From assembly GCA_050248535.1 (NCBI GenBank), contig JBFWSE010000002.1, positions 3,209 through 67,208 of the forward strand: a stretch of 64,000 bases of DNA, written 5' to 3'. A program made the position numbers and the translations under genes. The DNA is from Novosphingobium sp. (GTDB lineage: Bacteria > Pseudomonadota > Alphaproteobacteria > Sphingomonadales > Sphingomonadaceae). Shown piece by piece: positions 48,822 to 58,086 of the stretch. How positions within the stretch are numbered: position 1 is the first letter of the stretch; each line of letters starts with the position of its first letter. The notes beneath the pieces were generated by a model. It worked only from the letters and a program-made list of their open reading frames with translations, had not been told where the DNA came from and ran no database searches.

Positions 48822-49676
48822 TCAGGCGTTATAGATCAGCTTCATCCCCGGCTCGCTCCAGCGCGTTTTCACCAGTGCGCCGCGGTCCGAAAAAGTGATC
48901 CAGGCGTCCATCATATCCGCGCCGCCAAAGGCGATGTTGGTCACCAGCCGGTCATCCAGCGGCTCGGTGCTGACGTCGCCCGTGGGCGTCACCGTGGTAA
49001 TCGCCCCGGGCATCAGCGTGGCCACGCACACATTGCCCGAGGCCGCCATGGCGAGGCTGTCAAGCATGACCGGCCCCGGCGCGGTCGCCAGCCAGCGCGG
49101 TTGCTGCTCCTCGATCCGCCGGTCGAACGCATAGACCCGCGCCGAGAAGGTGTCGGCGGTATAGACCGTCGTCATGTCGGGCGAAATGCCGACGCCGTTA
49201 TAGCTGGTCGCCTTGCCGAAGATCCGGGTGATCGAGGAGCCGTCCGGCCGGGCGCAATAGAGCCCGCCGAAATATTTGGCCTCGGCGTCGTGGTTGCCCA
49301 GATCGGTGAACCACATGTTGCCGTCGCAATCGAACATCAGATCGTTGGGCGCGCCCAGTTCCTTGCCCTGGCAACTGTCATAGAGCCGCTCGACCTTGCC
49401 GGTGCCCAGATCGATCCGCTCGATCCGCCCCACTTCGACCGGCGAACCATCGTGCCCCATGCCGCCGCTGTTGCACACGTAAAGCGCCCCGTCCGGCCCG
49501 ATCGCCGCCCCGTTCGGCCCGCCTCCGGGCTCGGCGACCACTTCCTTGCGGCCGTGCCCCCAGCAGCGCGTAACCCGCTTGCCCATGATCTCGACCAGGA
49601 TCACCGAGCCGTCGGCCATGACGACAGGGCCTTCGGGGAAGGCGAGGTGTTCGGCGATGACTTCGATCTTGCGCAT
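48822..49676 (-). CDS. SMP-30/gluconolactonase family protein
   Basis: FPEGPV, GPNGAAIGPDG, PNDL, WFTD, YNGVGISPD, DSLAM, TNIAFGG. Confidence 0.93.
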   Translation of the reverse strand: MRKIEVIAEHLAFPEGPVVMADGSVILVEIMGKRVTRCWGHGRKEVVAEPGGGPNGAAIGPDGALYVCNSGGMGHDGSPVEVGRIERIDLGTGKVERLYDSCQGKELGAPNDLMFDCDGNMWFTDLGNHDAEAKYFGGLYCARPDGSSITRIFGKATSYNGVGISPDMTTVYTADTFSARVYAFDRRIEEQQPRWLATAPGPVMLDSLAMAASGNVCVATLMPGAITTVTPTGDVSTEPLDDRLVTNIAFGGADMMDAWITFSDRGALVKTRWSEPGMKLIYNA

Positions 49677-49825
49677 TTGTCCTCTCCGGTTCCGGGCGGG
49701 GGGTTAGTTGATGAAATACATGCACGGGAACGCATAACCGCACGGGATGCGCCAGTGAGCTGCAACGGGCGCGAGCGGCAGTATGACGCGGGCTTGCGAT
49801 GTAGGAAAGCCGAAAGCGTCCGGGG

Positions 49826-50119
49826 TCAGAGCAAGGACCCTTGCTGGCCGGTATCTTCCCGCCTGGCGCTTTTCAGCACCGAGGCATCCACCCAAGGAAT
49901 GTCAGGCCGCTTGTTCTGGAACAGCTCGGCCAGCGTCAGGATCTGCAGGCGCGGGTGCTTGCGGCCGGTATATTCGTTTTCCCACACGCCGACTGCGGCG
50001 GCTTCCTGTTCCATCGGGCGCGAGGGGGCGGCGGCGCAGATGAACACGCCGAACACCGCCTTTTCGCGCTCCATCGCCGAATGCAGGTCGCGGATCATGG
50101 TGACCGAGACATTTCGGCC
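49826..50119 (-). pseudogene. 3' remnant of an Mrr-like restriction endonuclease domain (as in DNA-methyltransferase fusions)
   Basis: GRNVSVTMIRDLHSAMEREKAVFGVFI...PMEQEAA...PRLQILTLAELF...RPDIP; no start or 5' part. Confidence 0.7.
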
Positions 50120-50366
50120 TGTTTGGAACCGGGCAATCGATGGCTTTGGCAACAAGGATCCAGGGAGGCGGCGAGCTACGCAATACGAGTCGCCTTGGGA
50201 TGTCTTGCATCCGGGGCGAAAGTTCGCCGAGAAACTGGCATCAAGCGGATTGGGCGCCGAGTTCTTCATTCAACGTATCGATGACTATTTCGCTGGTCGA
50301 CCATTAGCGAAGCTGCCCAAAGTGATCGCGGAACAAATTGAGGAGGAGCACGAAACCGGCGATTGA
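50112..50366 (+). pseudogene. 3' remnant of an Eco29kI-family (GIY-YIG) restriction endonuclease
   Basis: FRPVWNRAIDGFGNKDPG...SPWDVLHPGRKFAEKL...RIDDYF resembles the recalled Eco29kI C-terminus (KPLWN..DGFGNH.PG...WDVIHPGR); N-terminal part absent. Confidence 0.8.
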
Positions 50367-50416
50367 GGACTTCTCCACTATGCGCCGCGTTGAATGCCTG
50401 CATTGCCGCGAATTGG

Positions 50417-51133
50417 CTAGACCGCCAACCGTCCCCGCACCCCATCCAGCGCAGCCGCCGTCTCCGCCAGCAAGGCTTTCAGCCGCCGGTTTTCCGCTTC
50501 CAGCACCTGATCCCCGCGCCCGCCCAGCAAGCCGTGCAGGAACAGGCGCACGCTGGCTTCGATATGCCGCGCGAGCGCCGCCTCGTCGCGGGTGACGCCC
50601 CAGGCCGCATCGATGGCGGGACCGGTGACGAGATGCAGGAAGCCCTCCGCCGCCTCGCGCGCTTCGATCTGGCCCAGCCCGGCGCCCAGCCGCCGCTGGA
50701 ACAGACCGGCAAGGAACAGGATGGTCGGTTCGGTGCCCTGCTGGACATTGGTGGCGCCGACATCGGGCGAGCGGCCGCTTTCGGCATTGGTCAGCCGCAG
50801 CAGGCGCAGGCCCGCCGGGCTCATGATATTGGCCAGCAGGATTTCGCCGATGGCCAGCAGGCTCGATTCCAGATCGCCGGTTTCGGCTGCCTGCAGGCGC
50901 TCGACCGGAACGATCCATTCCTCGATCGCGCGCGTCAGGGCGGCCCTGAACAGCGCCTGCTTGTCACCATAGCGGGCATAGACCGTGCGCTTGGCCATGC
51001 CGGCCTGGGCGCAGATCGCATCGATGCTGGTACGCTCAAAACCCAGTTCGAGGAACAGGTCGAGCGCCACATCCAGCAGCTCTTCGTTCGACAGGCTTGG
51101 ACGGCCTGGCCGCCGGCGGGTCTGGACGTTCAT
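50417..51133 (-). CDS. TetR/AcrR-family regulator
   Basis: GRPS, LFLELGFERTSIDAICAQAGMAKRTVYARYGDKQALF. Confidence 0.94.
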   Translation of the reverse strand: MNVQTRRRPGRPSLSNEELLDVALDLFLELGFERTSIDAICAQAGMAKRTVYARYGDKQALFRAALTRAIEEWIVPVERLQAAETGDLESSLLAIGEILLANIMSPAGLRLLRLTNAESGRSPDVGATNVQQGTEPTILFLAGLFQRRLGAGLGQIEAREAAEGFLHLVTGPAIDAAWGVTRDEAALARHIEASVRLFLHGLLGGRGDQVLEAENRRLKALLAETAAALDGVRGRLAV

Positions 51134-51151
51134 GAGGCCACTCTGCCTTAA

Positions 51152-51245
51152 TGAAACGCCTTAGGCAACAAATTATCCGTGGGAATCGATATTTCAGCAC
51201 CATAGTCCCCCATTGCGCGCAGGATTGAAACGAGTAAGGTAACAA
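51152..51245. promoter_or_regulatory. Two 20-bp direct repeats, candidate TetR operators
   Basis: TGAAACGCCTTAGGCAACAA (51152-51171) and TGAAACGAGTAAGGTAACAA (51226-51245), 16/20 identical, in tetR/tauD divergent spacer. Confidence 0.55.
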
Positions 51246-51275
51246 TCAACGCGAGTCGCGAGAGTGGGGAGCGCC

Positions 51276-52145
51276 ATGGTCATGGCACTGGAAGTCGTCG
51301 ATCTGACGCCGGCCATCGGGTCGGAGCTGAAAGTCGCGAAGGCGCAACTGCTTTCGGGCGAATTGCGCGAAGATATCCGGGCGCTGCTGGTCAAACGCGG
51401 CGCGGTGGTGATCCGCGATGTCCATCCTGGCGACGAGGAACTGCGCCAGATCGCGCGCACCCTGGGCGATCTGCGCACCGGCGCGGTCAAGCGCGGGGCG
51501 GACGGCAAGGTGCTGAGCGAAGGCGACGAGGGGGTGATGAAAATCAGCCTTGATGCCGACATCAACCCCGATTACGCCCGCTTCCTGCCCGGCAATCACC
51601 TGTGGCACATGGACGGCACTTACGAGGAAGTGCCGCCATTCGCGACGCTGTTCACCCCCTATCGTCTGTCGAAAGAGGGCGGCGACACCATGTTCGCCAA
51701 TTGCTATGCCGCCTATGAAGACCTGCCGGCGGACGAACAGGCGCAGCTCGACGGGCTGGTCGCGGTCCATACCATGCCTTCCGCCCTGTTTCCGGCGATG
51801 CGCGACGTCACGGTCGAGGAATTCGCGCTGTGGCGCAGTTACCCCGAGCGGCGGCATCCGCTGGTCTGGCGGCACAAGTCGGGCCGCAAGTCGCTGGTGC
51901 TCAGCACTTCGGCCGCCTGGATCGAGGGCATGCATCCGGCCGAAAGCCACAACCTGCTGGCCCGCCTGATGGCCCATGCGACGCAGGACAAGTACACCTA
52001 CCGCCACAAGTGGCGGATGGGCGACCTGGCGATCTGGGACAATACCGGGACCATGCACCGGGTCATGGCCTACGACGCCGAAAGCCGCCGCGAATTTCAT
52101 CGTTGCACACTGAATGGAGAGGAGCCGATCCGGGCGGCGGCATAA
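51276..52145 (+). CDS. TauD/TfdA-family Fe(II)/2-oxoglutarate dioxygenase
   Basis: LTPAIG, WHMDG (HxD), GGDTMF, HPLVWRH, GDLAIWDNTGTMHR. Confidence 0.93.
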   Translation: MVMALEVVDLTPAIGSELKVAKAQLLSGELREDIRALLVKRGAVVIRDVHPGDEELRQIARTLGDLRTGAVKRGADGKVLSEGDEGVMKISLDADINPDYARFLPGNHLWHMDGTYEEVPPFATLFTPYRLSKEGGDTMFANCYAAYEDLPADEQAQLDGLVAVHTMPSALFPAMRDVTVEEFALWRSYPERRHPLVWRHKSGRKSLVLSTSAAWIEGMHPAESHNLLARLMAHATQDKYTYRHKWRMGDLAIWDNTGTMHRVMAYDAESRREFHRCTLNGEEPIRAAA

Positions 52146-52187
52146 GATCGCCGCCCGGAAGGTTTTCGTATTTTGGAGAATAATTCA

Positions 52188-53246
52188 ATGCAAATCGGCC
52201 TGCACCTGTCGTTCCAGAACCTTCACGGAATGCCGGACTTCGAATACCACCGCAAGGAAACCCAGATCGGCATCGAGGCCGAGGCGATGGGCTTCGACTG
52301 GGTGGGTTCGGTGGAACACCATTTCACCGACTATGCCGCCTGCCCCGATCCGATGCAGGCGCTGACCTGGATCGCCGCCAAGACCAGCAAGATCAAGCTG
52401 ATGACGGCTGCCGTCATCCTGCCGTGGAACGATCCGCTGCGGGTGGTCGAAAAGGCCGCGATGCTCGATTCGGTCAGCGAAGGCCGGCTGATTCTGGGCA
52501 TGGGCCGAGGTGCGGCGCGGCGCGAGTTCAACGCCTTCCGCCAGGACCTGGCCGACAGCCGCGAGATGTTCGACGAGGCGGCGCTGATCATCATGGAGGG
52601 CATGGAGACCGGCTTTGTCGAGGCGGACACCAAGCATTTCAAGCAGCCGCGCATCGAAGTGCGCCCCCGCCCGCACAACTGGACCCGCGATCGCATGGTG
52701 ATGGTCTCGATGTCGCCCTCATCGGCCGAAGTGGCGGCGGACTATGGCCTCAAGGCGCTGCGCTTCAGCCAGGGCGAATGGGAACGCTCGATGCCCGAAA
52801 TCATCACTTACCGCGACACATTCGAGGCCAAGCACGGCAAGAAGGCCCCGCCCTTCATCATCAGCGATTTCGTCGTCTGCCACGAGGATCCGGCCAAGGT
52901 CGCCGAACATACCGACAAGTATTTCGCCGACCAGTTCCTCCAGGTGGTCAACCACTACGAATGGGGCAGCGACCACTTCAAGGAACTGCCCAGCTATTCG
53001 ACCTATGTCGCACTGGGCGAAATGACCGAAGCGGCCGGCGGCCCGACCAAGGCCTATAAGGGGTTCATCGACGGCAACCTGATCGGCACCCCCGAAGTCA
53101 TGCTGGAAAAGCACGCCATGCGCACCAGTATGGTCGGCGAATACGACATGCTGGCCAATTTCAGCTTCGGCGGCATGCCCTTCGAGGAAGTCTACAAGCA
53201 GATGAAACTGTTTGCTGACAAGGTGATGCCACACCTCAAGGGCTGA
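52188..53246 (+). CDS. Luciferase-like monooxygenase (LLM)
   Basis: Start 52188; GFDWVGSVEHHF, AVILPWNDPLRVVEKAAMLD, GRLILGMGRG, LIGTPE. Confidence 0.93.
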   Translation: MQIGLHLSFQNLHGMPDFEYHRKETQIGIEAEAMGFDWVGSVEHHFTDYAACPDPMQALTWIAAKTSKIKLMTAAVILPWNDPLRVVEKAAMLDSVSEGRLILGMGRGAARREFNAFRQDLADSREMFDEAALIIMEGMETGFVEADTKHFKQPRIEVRPRPHNWTRDRMVMVSMSPSSAEVAADYGLKALRFSQGEWERSMPEIITYRDTFEAKHGKKAPPFIISDFVVCHEDPAKVAEHTDKYFADQFLQVVNHYEWGSDHFKELPSYSTYVALGEMTEAAGGPTKAYKGFIDGNLIGTPEVMLEKHAMRTSMVGEYDMLANFSFGGMPFEEVYKQMKLFADKVMPHLKG

Positions 53247-53319
53247 GGCGGAGCAATCGCCGACTGATGCAAAAAAGTGACAGGCCGGGCGCCTTGTGCG
53301 TAGCCCGGCGCTGTTCCCG

Positions 53320-53348
53320 TTGACGATTGATTCACACGGGATGCATAT
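53320..53348 (+). promoter_or_regulatory. Candidate sigma70 promoter for the TonB receptor
   Basis: TTGACG-N17-GCATAT, about 80 nt upstream of ATG 53430. Confidence 0.4.
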
Positions 53349-53429
53349 TTGCGCCGCGTTTCGATGTGGCCACGCGGGTGGCCGCGGCGATCAGGGCTGC
53401 CCCCATCGCCGGAACCAGGGAGGAATACC

Positions 53430-55823
53430 ATGAACACTTTCCGCAAGCGCGCGCTTGGCGCCGCCGTTTCGATTGCCGCACTGGCCATGGCGACGCCTGC
53501 GCTGGCGCAGGGCCCGGCATCAGACGGCAATGACTCAGGCGACATCGTCGTCACCGCGCAGCGCAAGGAACAGAAGCTCAACGATGTGCCACTGTCCATC
53601 ACCGCACAGTCGGGCGATCAGCTGGCCAATGCCGGCATCCGCCAGATGAGCGATCTGCAGCTGACCACGCCGGGCTTCACCCCGTCGAATTCTTCTGGCT
53701 ACAACCAGATGTTCATTCGCGGCATTGGCAATGCGATCTTCGTCGGCGCCGACCCTTCGGTCGCGACTTTTATCGACGACGTGCCGCGCGTGTTCGGCAC
53801 GCTGGTCAACAATTTCGTCGATGTCGAGCGCGTCGAAGTGATCAAGGGCGCGCCGGGCGCGCTCTATGGCCGCAACGCCACCGGCGGCGCGGTCAACATC
53901 ATCACCCGCCAGCCTTCGACCGATGGTGTGTCGGCACGCGGCCGGCTTTCCTATGGCGAGAAGAACACTTTCCAGGCCTCGGCCTTCTTCAATGTGCCGT
54001 TGGGCGACAAGGCGGCCTGGACCATTTCCGCCGAGCGGCGCACCCATGATGGCTATATCAGGAACATCACACCGGACGGTTCGCCTTTCACCGCCGCCAT
54101 GTTCCCGGTGAACAATGTCGCGGGGCCGGGAACCGCATCGTTCGTCGGGACCCCGGCGCAAACGGCAGCCTTCTTCAACTCCGGGCTTGCCCCCAGAAAG
54201 GCCTATAACGACGAGAATTTCTGGGCCGTCAGCAGCAAGCTGCTGATCAAACCCAGCGACAATTTCAAGATCACCATTGCTGGAGATTACAGCAAAAAGG
54301 ATGATGACAACGGCAACGGCGCCTACAACACCATTCCTGCCTACCCGGTCGAAGTTTTGTCGGGATTCTTCAATCTATTCGCTGGCGCCAGCACGGTAGG
54401 CCCATTCTCCGGAGGCACTGCGCTTAACAGCCTGATCGTGCCCGTCACCGAGAAATTTACCACCGCTCAGCGCGGCACCGGCTACGCCCGTCTCAAGGAC
54501 TGGGGTCTGTCGGCAACAGCGGTCCTCAGCCTCGAGGGTGTCGATATCACTTCGATCACCTCCTACCGCAAGAACGAAAGCCAGTTCCTGACCGAACTCG
54601 GGTTCACGCCTTTCGCGCTGGTTCAGGCGCGTGTTCCACTCGAGAAGAAGACGTTCTATCAAGAGCTTCGCGCGGTCTCGACCGGCGATGGTCCGCTGCA
54701 GTGGATTGCCGGCGCTTCCTATCTTCGCGCCCAGTTCGATGGCGGCCTGTTCAGCAACCTGATTCCCCCGCTGATCGTGGATGCGCCAGCAGGGTCGGGC
54801 GGATATGTCGCGCACAACTGGTCGGCCTTCGGTGAGTTGACCTACGACCTGTCCGACCGGGTCAGCCTGACCGTGGGCGGCCGCTACGTTCACGAAAAGA
54901 ACAATGCCCGCTCGTTCAATCCGCTGATCAACCAGACTGACACCTTCCCGCTCAGCGAAGGCAAGTTCCTGCCTTCGGCGACGCTCAAGTATTCGCTGCC
55001 GGGTGGCGGTAACGTCTATGCCCGCTATGCGCGCGGCTTCAAGTCGGGCGGCATCGTGCCGGTCACGCCGGTGACGATCTTCCCCGATCCGTTCACCCAG
55101 GGCGGCATCTTCAAGGGCGAGGTAGTCGATACCTATGAAATCGGCCTGCGCGCGCCGCTGGCGAACAACCGCGTCAACGTGACCGCGGCGCTGTTCTACA
55201 ACGACTATCGCAATGTCCAGGTGGCGGCGCATGCCAAGGCAACCGTCATTCCTGGCAGCAACCCGCCCACGACCTATCAGGCGCTTGCCTCGATCTCGGT
55301 GGTCAATGCAGGCAGCGCGCGGACCTATGGCGCGGAAGCCAGCATCACGTTCAAGGCAACCGATGCCCTGACGCTTGGCGCTTCGGCGGGCTACCTCAAC
55401 GCCAAGTACAAGAGCTTCCTGGTTCCGCCATCAAACCCGGTGCTGGAAGCCTTCGACCTTTCGAACACGCGGATGATCAATGCGCCCGAATGGCAGGTTT
55501 CGCTGAATGCCGATCTCGACCAGCCGATCAACGACAGGCTCAATCTGGTCGGCAACGTGGTCGCAGGCTACACCAGTGAGGTGCTCTGGCAGCAGTCGGG
55601 ACTGTCGGGCTTCCTGCCGGATGCCGTCGGCCCAAGCTACTGGCTGGTCAATGCGCGGCTCGGGGTAAAATCGTCCGACAACAAGTGGGAATTCGCGGTC
55701 TACGCGAAGAACCTGTTCAACCAGAACTACACCACTTTCGGCGGCTCAACTGCGACCTATGGCAATATCCTGATCTATGGCGATCCGCGCATCATCGGCG
55801 GCGAGGCCATCTTCAAGTTCTGA
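53430..55823 (+). CDS. TonB-dependent receptor
   Basis: Start 53430 after GGAGG; signal peptide, TonB-box region DIVVTAQRKEQ, plug IRGIG...VERVEVIKG..GALYGRNATGGAVNII, C-terminal F. Confidence 0.97.
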   Translation: MNTFRKRALGAAVSIAALAMATPALAQGPASDGNDSGDIVVTAQRKEQKLNDVPLSITAQSGDQLANAGIRQMSDLQLTTPGFTPSNSSGYNQMFIRGIGNAIFVGADPSVATFIDDVPRVFGTLVNNFVDVERVEVIKGAPGALYGRNATGGAVNIITRQPSTDGVSARGRLSYGEKNTFQASAFFNVPLGDKAAWTISAERRTHDGYIRNITPDGSPFTAAMFPVNNVAGPGTASFVGTPAQTAAFFNSGLAPRKAYNDENFWAVSSKLLIKPSDNFKITIAGDYSKKDDDNGNGAYNTIPAYPVEVLSGFFNLFAGASTVGPFSGGTALNSLIVPVTEKFTTAQRGTGYARLKDWGLSATAVLSLEGVDITSITSYRKNESQFLTELGFTPFALVQARVPLEKKTFYQELRAVSTGDGPLQWIAGASYLRAQFDGGLFSNLIPPLIVDAPAGSGGYVAHNWSAFGELTYDLSDRVSLTVGGRYVHEKNNARSFNPLINQTDTFPLSEGKFLPSATLKYSLPGGGNVYARYARGFKSGGIVPVTPVTIFPDPFTQGGIFKGEVVDTYEIGLRAPLANNRVNVTAALFYNDYRNVQVAAHAKATVIPGSNPPTTYQALASISVVNAGSARTYGAEASITFKATDALTLGASAGYLNAKYKSFLVPPSNPVLEAFDLSNTRMINAPEWQVSLNADLDQPINDRLNLVGNVVAGYTSEVLWQQSGLSGFLPDAVGPSYWLVNARLGVKSSDNKWEFAVYAKNLFNQNYTTFGGSTATYGNILIYGDPRIIGGEAIFKF

Positions 55824-55838
55824 GCGGCTTTCCGCCTC

Positions 55839-56402
55839 TCACGTATACTGCCTGAGCTCGCTCAGGCGCTCATCGGCATCGGGGTCCTGTTCGACCTCGA
55901 TGCCGAAGCTTTTCGTCAGCATGGCCATGGTGTTGTAGCAGCCGACGAGGAACACGGCTTCCATCAGCTGCTCCTCGCTATAGCGCGCCGCCAGGCCTTC
56001 CCAGGTGGCGTCGCCAACGCGCTGCTCGCGCACCAGCTCTTCCGCCGCGCGGACCAGCAACCCGTCCCAATCCGGCAGAGAGGCATCGCCGCGCGCCAAG
56101 GCGGCGATCTCGTCTTCGCTCATCCCGGTCTTGCGCGCGATCTGCACATGGTGGTGCGCCTCATAGGCCTCCCCGGCCATGCCCAGCGTGCGAATCACCA
56201 GCACTTCGCGGTCGCGCGCAGGTAGGGTGGCGCGAGCGATCAGCTGTTCGATGAAGGGCACGAATGTGCGGTACATGCCGGGATGGCGGACAATCACTTT
56301 CGAGAAATTGAGGTGCGTCCAGGCGCCCACCAGCTCCGCCTGCTCTGGCGAGAACTGTTCCGGCGCCAGGGGCGCGATCCGCACGTCTTCGCCAGCCATC
56401 AT
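55839..56402 (-). CDS. Carboxymuconolactone decarboxylase (AhpD-like) family protein
   Basis: Start 56402; LPARDREVLVIRT, YEAHHH, LVRAAEEL, LMEAVFLVGCY; no CxxC. Confidence 0.85.
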   Translation of the reverse strand: MMAGEDVRIAPLAPEQFSPEQAELVGAWTHLNFSKVIVRHPGMYRTFVPFIEQLIARATLPARDREVLVIRTLGMAGEAYEAHHHVQIARKTGMSEDEIAALARGDASLPDWDGLLVRAAEELVREQRVGDATWEGLAARYSEEQLMEAVFLVGCYNTMAMLTKSFGIEVEQDPDADERLSELRQYT

Positions 56403-56959
56403 GCCCTCCCGGTCTCGCTCGCCAGCAGCGCCGGATCGATCCCCTCCGCCCGCCAGGTTGCCGCCCATCTGCCTTCGGCGGGCGTGCCGAAGACCACCTC
56501 CGTGCGCCCTTCCGCCGCATACCAGCCGTGCCGCTGCATCTCGCCATCGAGCTGGCCTGGCCCCCAGCCGGCATAGCCCAGCGCGATCAGCCAGTGCGCC
56601 GGCCCCTTGCCCTCGGCGATATCGCGCAGCACCTCGAGCGAGGCCGACAGCGCGCCGAGCCCGGGCACTTCGAGCGTATCCTCGCTCGTCCAGTCCGCCG
56701 AATGGAGCACGAAACCCCGTCCCGGCTCCACCGGCCCGCCGTGATGCACGGGGCAATCGGGCGAGATGCCCGGATCGATCTCCAGCTCGCGCAACAATTC
56801 GTGAAAGGTCACGCCGCTGCGGATATGGCCCACGCCGATGCCAAATGCGCCGTTCTCGTCGTGCACGCACATGGCGATCACCGCACGGTCGAAGCGCGGA
56901 TCGCCCATGCCGGGCATGGCCAGCAGCATCCTTCCGCCAAGGTAATTCGCATCGGTCAT
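56399..56959 (-). CDS. yqgE: YqgE/AlgH (UPF0301) family protein
   Basis: LLAMPGMGDPRFDRAVI, GGPVEPGRGFVLHS, LGYAGWGPGQLDGE. Confidence 0.95.
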   Translation of the reverse strand: MTDANYLGGRMLLAMPGMGDPRFDRAVIAMCVHDENGAFGIGVGHIRSGVTFHELLRELEIDPGISPDCPVHHGGPVEPGRGFVLHSADWTSEDTLEVPGLGALSASLEVLRDIAEGKGPAHWLIALGYAGWGPGQLDGEMQRHGWYAAEGRTEVVFGTPAEGRWAATWRAEGIDPALLASETGRA

Positions 56960-57090
56960 GGCGCCTCATCTAACACGGCTGGACAGCATGCACAGCCACG
57001 AGTGTAAATGGCCATTGATCGCAGCATGGCAAAAAAGGTAAGCAGGCTTAGTGAAGCGGCGCGGCCCAAGCCCGCCACAGGAGATTTGGT

Positions 57091-58086
57091 ATGGCTGGAA
57101 TTACCGTGCGCGATCTGCGCGACGACTTGTCTTTCGGCGCAATCGTCGAAGGCCTCGACTGGAGCAACATTGAGGACGAGAGCGTGCGGCAGCAAGTGCG
57201 CGACACGTTTCAGAAGCGCGGCATGATCGTGTTTCCCGACATGGAACCCAGCGCCAGGATGCAGGTCGCAGTCTCGAAGATCTTCGGTCCGCTCAAGGAC
57301 CATCCGACTAAGAGCACGCCGCGCGACGACGAAACCGGCGACGAGGCGCAAGGCGTGATCGACATGTTCCATGCCGGAACCACTGACCCCAACGACGTCG
57401 CCGGCCTGGTCGAGCGCAACGGCCAACGCCTCGCCCGCTTCGCGCCGTGGCATTTCGATCATTGCTACAACGATGAGCTGAACTATGCGGGCGTGCTGCG
57501 CTCGCCGGTCAATTCGCCCGAAGGCGAAGGCGGGCGCACCGGGTTCATGGACGGGATCGAAGTCTACCGCCAGTTGCGGCCGGACTTGCGCGAGAAAATG
57601 GAAGGGGTGAACGTGATCTACACGCTCGACACCCGGCTTTCGAAATCGAAGTACGCCGTCGATTACACCGCGCTGGGCGAGGTTCCCACCACCAAGGACC
57701 TGCTGAAGGAAGTGGCGATCTTCCCGCGGGCGATGCACCCGGCGGTGTGGACGCGCGAGACCGGCGAAAAGGTGTTCCACGCAGCGCCCTGGATGGCGGT
57801 CGGGCTCGAGCACAACGAAACGCCCGAAGGCGACGCGCTGTTCGACGAAGTATGCCGCGAGCTGACTCGACTGGGACAGGGCGACTGCGCCTATTGGCAC
57901 CAGTGGCGCCCGACCGATCTGGTCATCTGGGACAACACCCGCATGCTCCACGCGGTCGAAGGCTGCCCGCCGCAATACGACCGCCGCACGATCCGCTCGA
58001 CGATCAAGGGCGATTATGGCCTGGGCTATTTCGAGGACGGCAAGAAGATTGGCGAAGTCTATCGCGAGGTAGAGCCGATCGAATGA
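57091..58086 (+). CDS. TauD/TfdA-family dioxygenase (second copy)
   Basis: WHFD (HxD), GGRTGF, MHPAV, WRPTDLVIWDNTRMLH. Confidence 0.9.
   Translation: MAGITVRDLRDDLSFGAIVEGLDWSNIEDESVRQQVRDTFQKRGMIVFPDMEPSARMQVAVSKIFGPLKDHPTKSTPRDDETGDEAQGVIDMFHAGTTDPNDVAGLVERNGQRLARFAPWHFDHCYNDELNYAGVLRSPVNSPEGEGGRTGFMDGIEVYRQLRPDLREKMEGVNVIYTLDTRLSKSKYAVDYTALGEVPTTKDLLKEVAIFPRAMHPAVWTRETGEKVFHAAPWMAVGLEHNETPEGDALFDEVCRELTRLGQGDCAYWHQWRPTDLVIWDNTRMLHAVEGCPPQYDRRTIRSTIKGDYGLGYFEDGKKIGEVYREVEPIE

Noticed and set aside
49704-49895. 63-aa Cys-containing ORF as a possible peptide precursor
   Set aside because: Overlaps the Mrr remnant off-frame; no clear RBS and no modifying enzymes nearby
49826-50269. 147-aa ORF as an intact gene
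   Set aside because: First 50 codons are the reverse strand of the Eco29kI remnant
49101-50366. 421-aa ORF as an intact Eco29kI-like nuclease
   Set aside because: First 337 codons are mostly antisense to the lactonase and Mrr remnant, with no GIY-YIG motif; only the last 84 aa resemble the family
55839-56969. Apparent 376-aa YqgE-CMD fusion
   Set aside because: YqgE is in another frame with its own stop; the 5' part of this ORF is an off-frame read
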